Assembly: GCA_963802945.1 (NCBI GenBank)
Contig: CAWDKY010000017.1
Location: forward strand, 32,001 to 96,000
Source: an uncultured delta proteobacterium
GTDB lineage: Bacteria; Desulfobacterota; RBG-13-43-22
Direction of reading: 5' to 3'
DNA length: 64,000 bases
Below the pieces are notes generated by a model. That model saw only the letters and a list, made by a program, of their open reading frames with translations. It was not told the DNA's origin and ran no database searches. The first letter of the stretch is position 1. The number at the start of each line of letters is the position of its first letter. Of this stretch, positions 10,153 through 19,558 are shown in pieces. The position numbers were made by a program, and so were the translations under genes.

Positions 10153-10965
10153 ATGAAATATGACTTTTTGAGTAAACTATCTCTACTCAAGGATCAGGCG
10201 TTTCAAATTAAGGCGTTGAAAAAAGAACAAGAGCATCTCAAACAGAAATGTCGCCAATTTGAGGCATTATTAGCGCAGACTGATTATTTACCTATTCCAC
10301 CGCAAGAGTTAATAGTGCGAGTAGATTACTCGGAAGATGTGGATCTTTTCCTGGGAGTTGGACGGAAAATATTTTGGGATTTGAAAAGGTTACTGGGCGG
10401 TATTGGAAAGAACTTTGAGTCTTTTCATTCCATTCTGGACTTTGGTTGTGGTTGCGGAAGAGTGACACGTTTCTTAAGACCAACCAACCATCAGGTTATC
10501 ACTGGAATGGACATTGATCCCGAGTCAATTGGATGGTGTAAAGCAAATCTTAGTCATATTGCTGAGTTTGAAACCATTAATTTTCTTCCACCTCTTCCAT
10601 TTACTGACGACAGTATCGACTTTGTTTTCTGTATCTCAGTCTTTACGCACCTGCCAGAAGATATGCGATTTCAGTGGTTGGAGGAATTGAGAAGAATTAC
10701 CAAGCCACAAGGGATATTTATAGCATCAATACATGGGGAAGGATTGTTACCTACGGATGACAGTGAAGTATTGAACAATTTCACAAAAAATAGCTTTGCT
10801 TATAAAAAAGGAGGAGGAACGAAAGGATTACCTGATTTTTATCAAACCACATATCATGCGAAATCGTATATTGATAAGAATTGGAGCAGGTATTTCAATA
10901 TCCTGAATATACAAACGAGGGCTATTAACAATCATCAGGATGGCATTGTCTGTCAAAAGGTATAA
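10153..10965 (+). CDS. Class I SAM-dependent methyltransferase with N-terminal coiled coil
   Basis: ILDFGCGCGRV, ISVFTHL, WLEELRRITKPQG; AT-rich. Confidence 0.88.
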   Translation: MKYDFLSKLSLLKDQAFQIKALKKEQEHLKQKCRQFEALLAQTDYLPIPPQELIVRVDYSEDVDLFLGVGRKIFWDLKRLLGGIGKNFESFHSILDFGCGCGRVTRFLRPTNHQVITGMDIDPESIGWCKANLSHIAEFETINFLPPLPFTDDSIDFVFCISVFTHLPEDMRFQWLEELRRITKPQGIFIASIHGEGLLPTDDSEVLNNFTKNSFAYKKGGGTKGLPDFYQTTYHAKSYIDKNWSRYFNILNIQTRAINNHQDGIVCQKV

Positions 10966-10990
10966 GGTTACCATAATTAAGAAATAAACT

Positions 10991-11066
10991 CCCTAATATT
11001 ATGATCGAGTTGGACGCTGCGCAAGCGCAGCGCCCCACAACAAGCGAATGCAGCAGACCGTTAGTT
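10991..11066 (+). mobile_element. Degenerate or composite attC-like site
   Basis: CCCTAAT inverse-core-like box, CGCTGCGC-AA-GCGCAGCG hairpin, attC-like left arm CAACAAGCGAATGCAGCAGAC, then GTTAGTT. Confidence 0.45.
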
Positions 11067-11400
11067 TGCCAATGGTTTAAATCTCCTGCCGCCTTGATGA
11101 CGATTACTGTTTGAACTCTTGTCGTTTGTCTAAAGTGGAAGTTTGAGGACTTCAGGAAGAAGTCTTTTCACCTAAAGTTCTCTTTCCGAATTATTGTATT
11201 TGATCATCCTGGTTCAAACCGGCCAAGACAAACTTCTTTAATTCTAAAAAACCATCAGGGTTCATCGTAAATCCGGTTCGTAGGGTCGCACTTTATGAGA
11301 CTGGTTTACCGCAGGGAACTCCAATATTTAAAATAAGGATCTTCTCCAAGAGAATTGGTGATGGTAGGGTCAAAAAAAAGTGAGGCGTCGGTAAAGGGGT

Positions 11401-11605
11401 CTAGGAGGTTTTGTCTTTGGTATCTTTGCTATTTTCTTTCAGCTCGGCCTGATCTTCGTTCTCGCTTTCTCCAGTAACGCTGTTTTTAAATTCCCGGATA
11501 CTTTTCCCCAGGCTTTTGCCGATTTCGGGCAGCCCTTTTGCTCCAAAGATAAAAAGGACTATGACCAAAATTAATGATTAACTCTTGCGCCCCTATACCA
11601 AACAT
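11401..11605 (-). CDS. tatA: TatA/E family subunit, +1 frameshift near 11572
   Basis: [11 protein letters not shown] / [29 protein letters not shown]...; AAGGAGG RBS; span of 205 nt is 3n+1. Confidence 0.8.
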
Positions 11606-11632
11606 GGGACCTCCTTGGGTATGAAAAAAGGG

Positions 11633-11806
11633 TTAATGGTTCAAATTTTTTATCGCCCGCATGGTCCTTAAGGCCACAACTGTCAAGGTCACCCCAAGTA
11701 CGGCCAGAACCAGATAAGCCAGGCCAAGGAAAAAACCGTGTCCCCAATCCCAGGGGACTTCCCAGGGGAGTATGCTCCAAACACTGTGAGTACTGATTGA
11801 AACCGT
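11633..11806 (-). CDS. Small membrane protein (57 aa) with ACG at the expected start position
   Basis: (M)VSISTHSVWSILPWEVPWDWGHGFFLGLAYLVLAVLGVTLTVVALRTMRAIKNLNH*; AAGGGGG 7 nt upstream; one TM helix. Confidence 0.5.
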   Translation of the reverse strand, partial: TVSISTHSVWSILPWEVPWDWGHGFFLGLAYLVLAVLGVTLTVVALRTMRAIKNLNH

Positions 11807-11849
11807 AAAATATCCCCCTTTAAGACAGATAATCCAGTAGATTTATTCC

Positions 11850-11914
11850 TTTTTAACAAAAATACGGTCTTCTGTCAACTTTTTCTTGACAGAATCCTTG
11901 GTTTTGGTTATAGG
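11850..11914. promoter_or_regulatory. Back-to-back divergent sigma70 promoters
   Basis: (+) TTGACA-17-TATAGG toward cytochrome c3; (-) TTGACA-17-TAAAAA toward the small ORF and tatA. Confidence 0.55.
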
Positions 11915-12003
11915 GGTTCTAAGAAAAGATATCGTAAGGGAATAAATTCCTTATTAATGAATAATACTCATAAACATTTCAGAAAAGGGAGGTAAGCGGG
12001 AAA

Positions 12004-12441
12004 ATGAAAAAAGGCTTGGCAATTATCACCATCATTGCGGCATTTCTCTTTTCAATGGGGTTAATCGCTTGGGTTTACGCCGCTGCTGCGGTTAAAGTTC
12101 CTGACACCGTCAAGATTGATAACGATAAGGCTTTTTTTAAGGAAAGTAAACGAACGAAGCCGGCGGTGGAATATAGCCATCTAAAACACGAGAGGGATCA
12201 CAAAATCGCCTGTACCGAATGTCACCATCTTTACAAGGACGGTAAAAATACCTGGAAACAAGGCACAAGCAAGGTACAAAAGTGCAATGAGTGCCACAAG
12301 GCTACAGAACAGGGCAAAATCCTAACTCTCCAAAATGCCTATCATAAGAATTGTAAAGACTGCCACGCCAAAATGAAAAATGAAAGCAAGAAAACTGGGC
12401 CTGTTGTTTGCGCTCAGTGCCATGTGGAGGGAAAGAAATAA
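12004..12441 (+). CDS. Tetraheme class III cytochrome c (cytochrome c3)
   Basis: Signal peptide; four CxxCH motifs (CTECH, CNECH, CKDCH, CAQCH) plus distal His residues; Lys-rich. Confidence 0.92.
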   Translation: MKKGLAIITIIAAFLFSMGLIAWVYAAAAVKVPDTVKIDNDKAFFKESKRTKPAVEYSHLKHERDHKIACTECHHLYKDGKNTWKQGTSKVQKCNECHKATEQGKILTLQNAYHKNCKDCHAKMKNESKKTGPVVCAQCHVEGKK

Positions 12442-12460
12442 TACCTTTTAGGTTGGGAAT

Positions 12461-12500
12461 AAAAAAGGTCTGGCTGAAGGACTTCAGTCAGACCTTTTTT
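12461..12500. terminator. Bidirectional intrinsic terminator
   Basis: AAAAAAGGTCTGGCTGAAG-GA-CTTCAGTCAGACCTTTTTT between convergent genes. Confidence 0.85.
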
Positions 12501-12502
12501 TG

Positions 12503-12688
12503 TTATACCTCGGTTACCGTGATTGCTCCTTCTTCACATGCCTCTATGCAGCTTTCACAGCCTAAGCATTCATCTTCTTGAAATGGGACGGCCTTACCAT
12601 CTCGAAGCTCAAGAACATTAACAGGGCAAACCTCTATACATGCATCGTCCCCGACACATTTATTCGGGTCCACTTCGACTTTAAACAT
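12503..12688 (-). CDS. Dicluster ferredoxin with Asp in the first cluster motif
   Basis: CVGDDACIEVCP ... CLGCESCIEAC, 61 aa. Confidence 0.9.
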   Translation of the reverse strand: MFKVEVDPNKCVGDDACIEVCPVNVLELRDGKAVPFQEDECLGCESCIEACEEGAITVTEV

Positions 12689-12828
12689 AACGCATCTCTT
12701 TCCTGGCTTAAAATATTTTATAAATTAAAAGTAATCGGTGAGCCCTTTGAAATCATTTTTATTAACACTATTTAGGAAAATAAACCAAATTTGTCAAGCG
12801 AAAAGAATCTTCAGAAGGAGGCTGCCCA

Positions 12829-13839
12829 TCAGACCAGAGCAGGTGAGAAGAGAATTAAAGGAATTGATCCTCTTTGATCAAGCTGGGCCAGGGGTTCTTT
12901 CCACGAAGGCTGAAAAGAGGGGAGGATGAGCTGATATTTGCCGTTAGGCGGCAATCCTAAACCCGAAAGGGCAATTTTGAAATCATCAAGGGATCTTTTT
13001 TGCTCCTGCACCCCGAAAGAACGTAAAAGCCTCTTCAGGTTTTGTTGAACAAAAGATTTATTAAGAGAGGCCAAGTTCTTGGCCTGTTTTTGAAAGTTTT
13101 CCGAACATAGAGAACTCAAATCCGGCAAGGAGAGAGCCATGATCTGGTCTTCTTCAGGATCGAGGCCATAATGATCCGTCCAAACCCATTGCTGAGTAGT
13201 GAAGAGGATCGAGGGTTCAGGGGCCAGTTCATTTTTTAATTCCCGCCAGGCAGTCAGGGCCAGGGGACAAAGGATCTCGATGTCGTTCTTGTTCAATACC
13301 AGAGGGGAGGCCGTTTCCCATTGCGATCCTTCTTCCAAACTTTCCTGCCAACCTTGAGCCATGATTTGTTCCTGCTTCTCAATCTCGGCCAAAGAGGCCT
13401 CCACTTCCCATTCCTTAAGCATCCATTCGTGAATCAGACAAAGGAAAACCTGGCCGTTTACGATGGAGGCATCCCTCAAGGGTGTTGTGAAAGGTTTTCT
13501 CTTTATTAAACCGACGATCTCTTCTTGGGTTTCCTGATCCTGCATTGAATCGGCTTCTTTAAGATATTTCAAAAATCCCCGATTTGAATAATTGGCCATA
13601 TAGGCCTGGATTTCTCTTAACTTTTTATCTTTTACCCGGATTTCCTCCCGGGTTCGTTCCAAGGTCCGTACCTGGAGCAAGCCTTGAGAAACAAGTGATT
13701 GAAAGAACGCCGGTAAAGGTAAGGGGAAAGGGTGCAGCAATATAGCTTGGTTAGAAAAAAGAATAGACCAGATCAGGGCCTCTTCTTCCATCAAGGTATA
13801 GGGGCAAATCAGGGCCGAAGGAAAGGTTGTTAATTCCAT
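12829..13839 (-). CDS. Hypothetical protein
   Basis: 336-aa ORF, no motif recognised. Confidence 0.65.
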   Translation of the reverse strand: MELTTFPSALICPYTLMEEEALIWSILFSNQAILLHPFPLPLPAFFQSLVSQGLLQVRTLERTREEIRVKDKKLREIQAYMANYSNRGFLKYLKEADSMQDQETQEEIVGLIKRKPFTTPLRDASIVNGQVFLCLIHEWMLKEWEVEASLAEIEKQEQIMAQGWQESLEEGSQWETASPLVLNKNDIEILCPLALTAWRELKNELAPEPSILFTTQQWVWTDHYGLDPEEDQIMALSLPDLSSLCSENFQKQAKNLASLNKSFVQQNLKRLLRSFGVQEQKRSLDDFKIALSGLGLPPNGKYQLILPSFQPSWKEPLAQLDQRGSIPLILFSPALV

Positions 13840-13967
13840 ATTAAGCCAAGATATCCCGGCTGCAGCGAGGCGTCAGGAACGACCAAAATATTGAATGTCG
13901 AACAACAAATAACGAATGTCGATTTAAAAAGAAACCAATCAATTCATGAATCGGAATTCGAAGTTCG

Positions 13968-14606
13968 TTATTTATTATTTGTATTTTTAAAACCGTTTCG
14001 CCTCCTCACACCGGCCTTATCTAAAAAATCGGCCATTTTTTCATAGGGCTGAGCCCCGACCAAAAAATGTTGCCCTAATAATAAAGTCGGGACAGCTTGA
14101 ATTCCCTGTTGCCGTGAACGAGCCCAGTCCTGATCCACCGCTTCCTTAAAGGCCCTCTTTTGGAGCACTTCCTGGGCTTCATCCCCCGGGAGCCCGATGG
14201 ATTCGGCCAAAGGAGCGAGTTCGGGAATTTTTCCTATGTTTATGCCTTGAACAAAATAAGCTCGGAATATTGCTTGGTGGAATTCGTCTCCCTTGCCCTT
14301 GGACTCGGCCCACTTACCCAGCTCCTGGGCCAAGCGGCTGTTATAGGTCATTTTCCTCTCTCCCAAAGGCAATCCGGCATCCTGGGCCGCCTGTTTCAGA
14401 CGGGATCTTACCTGATTCAAATCCAGACGACCGGCAAAAAGTTGTTCTATCGACTGTCCGCTCTCAGGGGTTTCGGGATGAAGGGGAAAAGCAGTCCAGC
14501 GGATAGCTATTTTAAATTCTTTACGTAATCGATCAATACGCCCGGTAATGAAATAACACCAGGGTCAAACGTAATCTGAAAAAATTTCGAGGGTGGGGAT
14601 CTCCAT
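13968..14606 (-). CDS. DsbA/FrnE-like thioredoxin-fold selenoprotein (UxxC)
   Basis: MEIPTLEIFSDYV*PWCYFITGRI...FPLHPETP in frame with track ORF 13968..14420 (GIQAVPT, VGAQP); TGA at 14565-14567; AAGGA RBS. Confidence 0.88.
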
Positions 14607-14639
14607 CGTGGATTTCCTTTCAGATGCTGACTTCAAGAA

Positions 14640-14825
14640 ATTTCTTTTGTCAGAAGAATGTCGGCTTTGATTTGATGATTAGGTTTTCAACAGTGAAGCC
14701 GGAAGCTTTTTTATCTTTAAGCCGTTTTGACTGACCTCGACAATGGCCTCGATACCCTCGAGAGGGATCTCATTGATAAACTATCGATCGTCTTTTCTTT
14801 GATTCAGGGGCTTTCCCATTTCCAT
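14640..14825 (-). pseudogene. Possible PilZ-domain remnant
   Basis: AGGGAGG RBS; MEMGKPLNQRKDDR*FINEIPLEGIEAIVEVSQNGLKI resembles RxxxR and (D/N)xSxxG; internal stop. Confidence 0.3.
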
Positions 14826-14986
14826 GGCCTGTGCCTCCCTTTAAAAACTTGTCGAGCGGAGAAATGGTTTCCTAATAAATTGCCTCTGTCAAAAGAAAAA
14901 ACTTCTCCCTCGCCGTAATAAACTTTTACGGGCTATCCGGCGAAAATAAAAAAATTATCCTATTCCCTCTAATCAATTTAAAAGGC

Positions 14987-15988
14987 CTAAGCCGGAACAA
15001 ACTCGGCCGGCCTGACCTCATCCAGAGTGATAGCCTCCACCGGACAGGTCACCAGACAGAGACCGCACCCCATGCATTTCTCGGGGTTAATAACAGCAGT
15101 ATCCCCCTCTCCTTCCATACTGATCGCCTCAAAATAGCATCGGTCCAGACAGGCCTCGCAGGACGAACAGGTTTCAGGATCAACTGCCGCCCGAAACCGG
15201 CTCGGCAAAACAAATTTCCCCAGGCCGGTTCTGACCGAAGGCCAGTTCAAACAACAGTCGCCGCAGCAGTTACAGATCACATGACCCAGGGTCCTTTTGT
15301 TACCGGTAACGTGTATCAGACCCTCTTCTTCGCACATCTTCATCATCTTGAGGGCTTCATCCTTTTCCAGTTTGCGACCCGTTCCCCTTTCAATCGAATA
15401 GTCGGCGGCCTTGTCGATCTGGACGCAGACCTCCACCGGCTTGCCGCAGGCCCCATCTATGGCCCGGCAGGAACAGGGGGTGACGGCCAGGTTTCTGGCC
15501 TCGGCTATGATGCTCTTGACATCGTCAAAAGCCAGGATTTGGGTCTCGTTTTGAACCGATACATTCACCGGGATTACCCGGATTACAGCGGAGGGCAGCA
15601 TTTGCTCTATTTTCCGGCTGAGATCATCGAACTCCTTATGCATAAAATCCTTCCAGAGGGGCAACATCTTGGGAGGTGGATTTACAATAACTGCCGTAGA
15701 ATCGTGCATCTGAAGTACAGTCCGGACCCGGTAATATCGGGTTCCATCCGCTTTTTTTGACTTAAAAAGCAAACCCTTCTTGAATAGCGGATCAACCAAC
15801 GTTTCAACCTCTTCCTCCTTCAGGCCGGTCTTTTGAGCGATCTCCTGGATAGAAGCTGGCGGTGCGGCAGCCAAAAGGATCTTGGCCTCCTTTTCGTCGG
15901 TCAAGGTTTCAAAAATCCCGGGAATGTATTTTGAATTCCCTACTCCCACCGCTTCAGCTAGTTGTTGGTACAATGTTTTTTCGGTCAT
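14987..15988 (-). CDS. 4Fe-4S binding protein with N-terminal HTH-like region
   Basis: PCSCR, ICNCCGDCC, two C-terminal ferredoxin motifs. Confidence 0.85.
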   Translation of the reverse strand: MTEKTLYQQLAEAVGVGNSKYIPGIFETLTDEKEAKILLAAAPPASIQEIAQKTGLKEEEVETLVDPLFKKGLLFKSKKADGTRYYRVRTVLQMHDSTAVIVNPPPKMLPLWKDFMHKEFDDLSRKIEQMLPSAVIRVIPVNVSVQNETQILAFDDVKSIIAEARNLAVTPCSCRAIDGACGKPVEVCVQIDKAADYSIERGTGRKLEKDEALKMMKMCEEEGLIHVTGNKRTLGHVICNCCGDCCLNWPSVRTGLGKFVLPSRFRAAVDPETCSSCEACLDRCYFEAISMEGEGDTAVINPEKCMGCGLCLVTCPVEAITLDEVRPAEFVPA

Positions 15989-16332
15989 TGAATTTCTCCT
16001 CCTTGTTTTCTCAATAAGTCGGTTTTTGAATCATCGCGATATACTCTTGCTTCTTTTCCTTGAATTCTTAATGAACTATTGTACCCCAGATCTTAAAAAA
16101 AAGAAATGCCTTATGACTATTATCTAAGATTACCCCTTTTTCCTTTTTCAACCCGATAGGGAGCCGGAGCCTGGATTGAATTCAAGGGTGGCCGAAAGGA
16201 TCAAGGGACTGGGCAAATATAAAATGACTAATTGATCCGGACTCTATAAAATTTGTCATATCCAAGACACTTTATGGGGGACATTGGTTTCAGACATGGC
16301 TACTCTTTACTTCAAAGATGCTTTCAAATTTT

Positions 16333-16431
16333 ATTCGGGTCATAACATACCCGTTCAACTAATTCCACAAGGTCCTGGATTATGTCCTGGATTAAGGTAG
16401 GTCAACAAGGAAGATTTGACCCTCTTCCCCC
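16333..16431. repeat. Dispersed junction repeat B (about 100 bp)
   Basis: GGGTCATAA...TTCAACTA...GGATTAAGGTAGGTCAA...GAAGATTTGACCCTCTTCCC; homologous to 19432-19518 and 22653-22729. Confidence 0.75.
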
Positions 16432-16444
16432 TTGTTGATTAATA

Positions 16445-16490
16445 AAAAAGATTGGTCGGGGGGAGGAAAACATCATTCCCCCGACCAAAA
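16445..16490 (-). terminator. Intrinsic terminator after the 3-hydroxyacyl-CoA dehydrogenase gene
   Basis: TTGGTCGGGGG...CCCCCGACCAA stem followed by TCTTTTT on the minus strand. Confidence 0.6.
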
Positions 16491-16507
16491 TAGCGGACAC
16501 TACTTTC

Positions 16508-17659
16508 TTAAACTTTGATCTGACCTGCCTGCATCGTCTTCGTCGGTTTGAGTACCTCCAGCTTGAATTTATTGTATAACTCCTCCAGCTTGGCCAGGAG
16601 CACAGGATAACCGATGCCTTGGGCCAACGCAAACGGGCCGAAGGGCGATCCGCCGCCGTTGGCCAAGGCCAGGTCTATTTCTTTCGGATCTTCGCACACG
16701 CCCTCTTCGATAAGCTTGGTCGCTTCATTGACCTGGAGGGCAACCATGTGATTGAGGTCATATTCCTTGGTTGCCTTGGACAGATCGATTGCCGGCCGGC
16801 CCTTGGACCAATCGTATATGCCCTTGCCGGTCTTCTTGCCCAAGTTTCCCGATTTCAGAAAAGCCAGGATAGCCTCGGACGGCTTGTAGTCTTTGGACAG
16901 GACCTCGGCAAAATATTCCAGACCATGGACAGCAATATCGATCCCGACATAGTCTATCAGCTCAAACGGCGCCATGGGCATCATGGGTTTGAAGGCTGCG
17001 TCGAATTCTTCCGGTGAGGGATGCCCCGCTTCCAGAATCTTGGACAGCAAAAGCAGGGTTGGTTCGTTGACCCGGTTGTAAATAAAGCCGGGCGAATCTT
17101 TTTTCACAATGACAGGAACCTTATTGATTTTTTTGGCAATAGCATAGCCGATTTGGATGGACTCATCGGAGGTCTTCTTGCCCTTGATCACTTCAACCAG
17201 TTTCATCAGGATGGCCGGATTGAAAAAATGATAACCGATGACCTTGTCCGGTCTCTGCGTGGCGGAAGCAATGTCGGTGATACTGATGTTGGAGGTGTTG
17301 GACGCCAAAATGGCATGTTTGGGCGCGAACTTGTCCAGGTCGGCAAAGACGCTCTGTTTGAGCTGCAGCTTTTCGGGAACGGCTTCAATGATAAAATCGG
17401 CGTCCTTCACCGCCGTCTGCAAATCGACGATCGGGATCAGACGAGTAAAGGCGTCGGCATAAGCCTCCGGCGTCATTTTGCCCTTTTCCTTGAATTTATC
17501 AAAACTGGCCTTGATGCCGGCCATTCCCTTATCGACAAACTTCTGATCAATATCACGTAAAAATACTTTATAGCCGCCCATCAAACAGGCGGCGGCAATT
17601 CCGTGACCCATGTCACCCGCACCGATCATAGCAATCGTTTTTACATCTTCAGCTTTCAT
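16508..17659 (-). CDS. 3-hydroxyacyl-CoA dehydrogenase
   Basis: IGAGDMGHGIA, IEAVPE, ASNTS, HFFNP, PGFIYNR, GKKTGKGIY. Confidence 0.93.
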   Translation of the reverse strand: MKAEDVKTIAMIGAGDMGHGIAAACLMGGYKVFLRDIDQKFVDKGMAGIKASFDKFKEKGKMTPEAYADAFTRLIPIVDLQTAVKDADFIIEAVPEKLQLKQSVFADLDKFAPKHAILASNTSNISITDIASATQRPDKVIGYHFFNPAILMKLVEVIKGKKTSDESIQIGYAIAKKINKVPVIVKKDSPGFIYNRVNEPTLLLLSKILEAGHPSPEEFDAAFKPMMPMAPFELIDYVGIDIAVHGLEYFAEVLSKDYKPSEAILAFLKSGNLGKKTGKGIYDWSKGRPAIDLSKATKEYDLNHMVALQVNEATKLIEEGVCEDPKEIDLALANGGGSPFGPFALAQGIGYPVLLAKLEELYNKFKLEVLKPTKTMQAGQIKV

Positions 17660-17878
17660 GGCACTCTCCTCCTTCTATGTTTTTTAATTTATTGGTTTCT
17701 TGGACTGCCCCAATCCCGTTCAGGCTGTTGCTTGAACATCCCAAAACGGGATGGTTGCTATTGATAGGCGATAAAATATTTACATTTTAACACAAAAGGA
17801 TTGCGATGGAAAGTTGAATTTTCCTATCCATTAAAACTGAATACCGGTTAATTATTTAAGGTCATCCCTCATTTTATA

Positions 17879-18406
17879 CTATTTCGGCAGGAATCCCACA
17901 TCGAGGCCCGAGAAGTTGTGCTCGATGCCCATCTCGTCCAAGATCTGCGATATCTGCCCGCGGTGATGGATGCCGTGTATAACGGTCGTGCTCAAGAGGT
18001 AATGGAGGGGCACCGCGTCGGGCTTCCCGCCGAACCAGGCCACCTTGACCGGAAGGACGAGATCGTTCTCGGTAAGGGTGGCGACGAAATCGACGGTCGC
18101 CTGATCGGCGATTTGGGTGATCTTCTTAAGCTCGGCCCATTGGTCCGCGTTAAGGCTATCACCCCTGGGCACCTTGAGACCATCGGTTGCCTTAAACGCC
18201 GAGGCCGCCGCGGGTACGGCCGTGCGTAAAAAACCCTGGAAAAAAAGGACTACGCCGAAGGCGTGGCAGGCGAGACCGGAGAGACTCTTGTAGTAGCTTT
18301 TTCTGTTCTCGTTACGAGCCTCTTCCGATAGGCCATCGAGCAGGGCGATGACCGAGGCGTCAGCCCTTTGCGTGTACTTCGCATACATAAGCAGCAGATC
18401 TTTCAT
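17879..18406 (-). CDS. DinB/YfiT family protein
   Basis: HGIHHRGQISQIL; GGAGG RBS. Confidence 0.85.
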   Translation of the reverse strand: MKDLLLMYAKYTQRADASVIALLDGLSEEARNENRKSYYKSLSGLACHAFGVVLFFQGFLRTAVPAAASAFKATDGLKVPRGDSLNADQWAELKKITQIADQATVDFVATLTENDLVLPVKVAWFGGKPDAVPLHYLLSTTVIHGIHHRGQISQILDEMGIEHNFSGLDVGFLPK

Positions 18407-18522
18407 GTGATACCTCCCAATGAAAATTTATAGTATTACTAAAGTAACCTTAAAATAATTGAAGCTCCCTGCACCAGGGTGCAGTCCCGCGAGACGGGAT
18501 TCTAGGCAAGATAAGGGGGCGA

Positions 18523-19278
18523 TCATTTCCCGTCCAAATGGGAAAGCCCTTCGATAAAGGCCAGCACATTTTTGCCCAGAACAGAATGATTGTAGCCGCC
18601 TTCGAGGATGCCGAAACATCCGCCTTTATTGTTTCGAGCGGTCTCCCTGACCAGTCTGCCCATAAAGGTATAATCTTCGGTTTTGAGAAGCCCTCCCCAA
18701 TCCGCTTCATGATTATCGAATCCGGCGGAAACAGCGATCATATCGGCATCGGTCCGGGCTAGGGAATCTTCCACGCTCTTTAAATATTCCATTCGGTTTT
18801 GGGCTGAGGGATTAAAGATGGTCACATATCCACGGCCGCCCAGAATGTTAACATTCCCGTCCCCGAAGTGCAGATCGAAATCCAGAATAAAGGCTTTTTT
18901 GATTTTCCCTTCCTTCTTTAATTTTTCGAGGGCAATGGACATATTGTTGAAATAACAGAAACCCCAAGCGCTTGAGGCCGAGGCGTGATGACCCGGCGGA
19001 CGAATCAGGGCAAAACAGGGTTCGGTCAACCCGATCCGGGCGGCTAAGACGGCGCCTCCCGCGGCCATGGCGGCTATATCATAGACACCCTCTTGTTCGA
19101 CGGATTGGATATGCCCTGGTGTGTGGGCACGGAGAATATCCTCCCGTGTCGCCGCCACAGGGGTCAAAAAATGGACTTTCCCCCGCAGTTCCGTTTCGAC
19201 GGCCAGGATTCTTCCCGGGGCCGAAGCGGGGTCAGAAGAATAAATTTGGTTATAATCTTCATGAAAGACGACCTTCAT
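18523..19278 (-). CDS. Histone deacetylase / AcuC family Zn hydrolase
   Basis: RPPGHHA, GFCYFNN, DFDLHFGDG, SAGFD, LEGGY. Confidence 0.93.
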   Translation of the reverse strand: MKVVFHEDYNQIYSSDPASAPGRILAVETELRGKVHFLTPVAATREDILRAHTPGHIQSVEQEGVYDIAAMAAGGAVLAARIGLTEPCFALIRPPGHHASASSAWGFCYFNNMSIALEKLKKEGKIKKAFILDFDLHFGDGNVNILGGRGYVTIFNPSAQNRMEYLKSVEDSLARTDADMIAVSAGFDNHEADWGGLLKTEDYTFMGRLVRETARNNKGGCFGILEGGYNHSVLGKNVLAFIEGLSHLDGK

Positions 19279-19334
19279 CTCTTCCTCACTTTATCCGGGG
19301 CCACAAAAATTATTTTTAACCACGGGCCCAAAGA

Positions 19335-19518
19335 ACTTTTTTGCTGGAAAGAGTATAAGACAAGAACAAGACCGGGGCAAGGGGAAAAGCAAATCGAAAA
19401 TCCTTCTATTGACCGATGGAGGCCTGGTCTAATCGGGGCCATAAAACACCAAGTTAACTTAGGCAACAACGTCTTGGATTAAGGTATGTCAATAATGAAG
19501 ATTTGAGCCTCTCCCCCC
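19335..19518 (-). repeat. Repeat B joined to IS91-end-like promoter element
   Basis: TTGCCC(19375-19380)-17-TATACT(19352-19357) facing the deacetylase gene; aligns with 22317-22520 and 21230-21325. Confidence 0.8.
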
Positions 19519-19558
19519 TTTTGATGCCCGGGGAAACTTTCCCCGGGCATCGTGTATA

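Noticed and set aside
19523-19551. Perfect hairpin as intrinsic terminator of the AbfD-like gene
   Set aside because: Followed by A residues, not a U tract, on the coding strand
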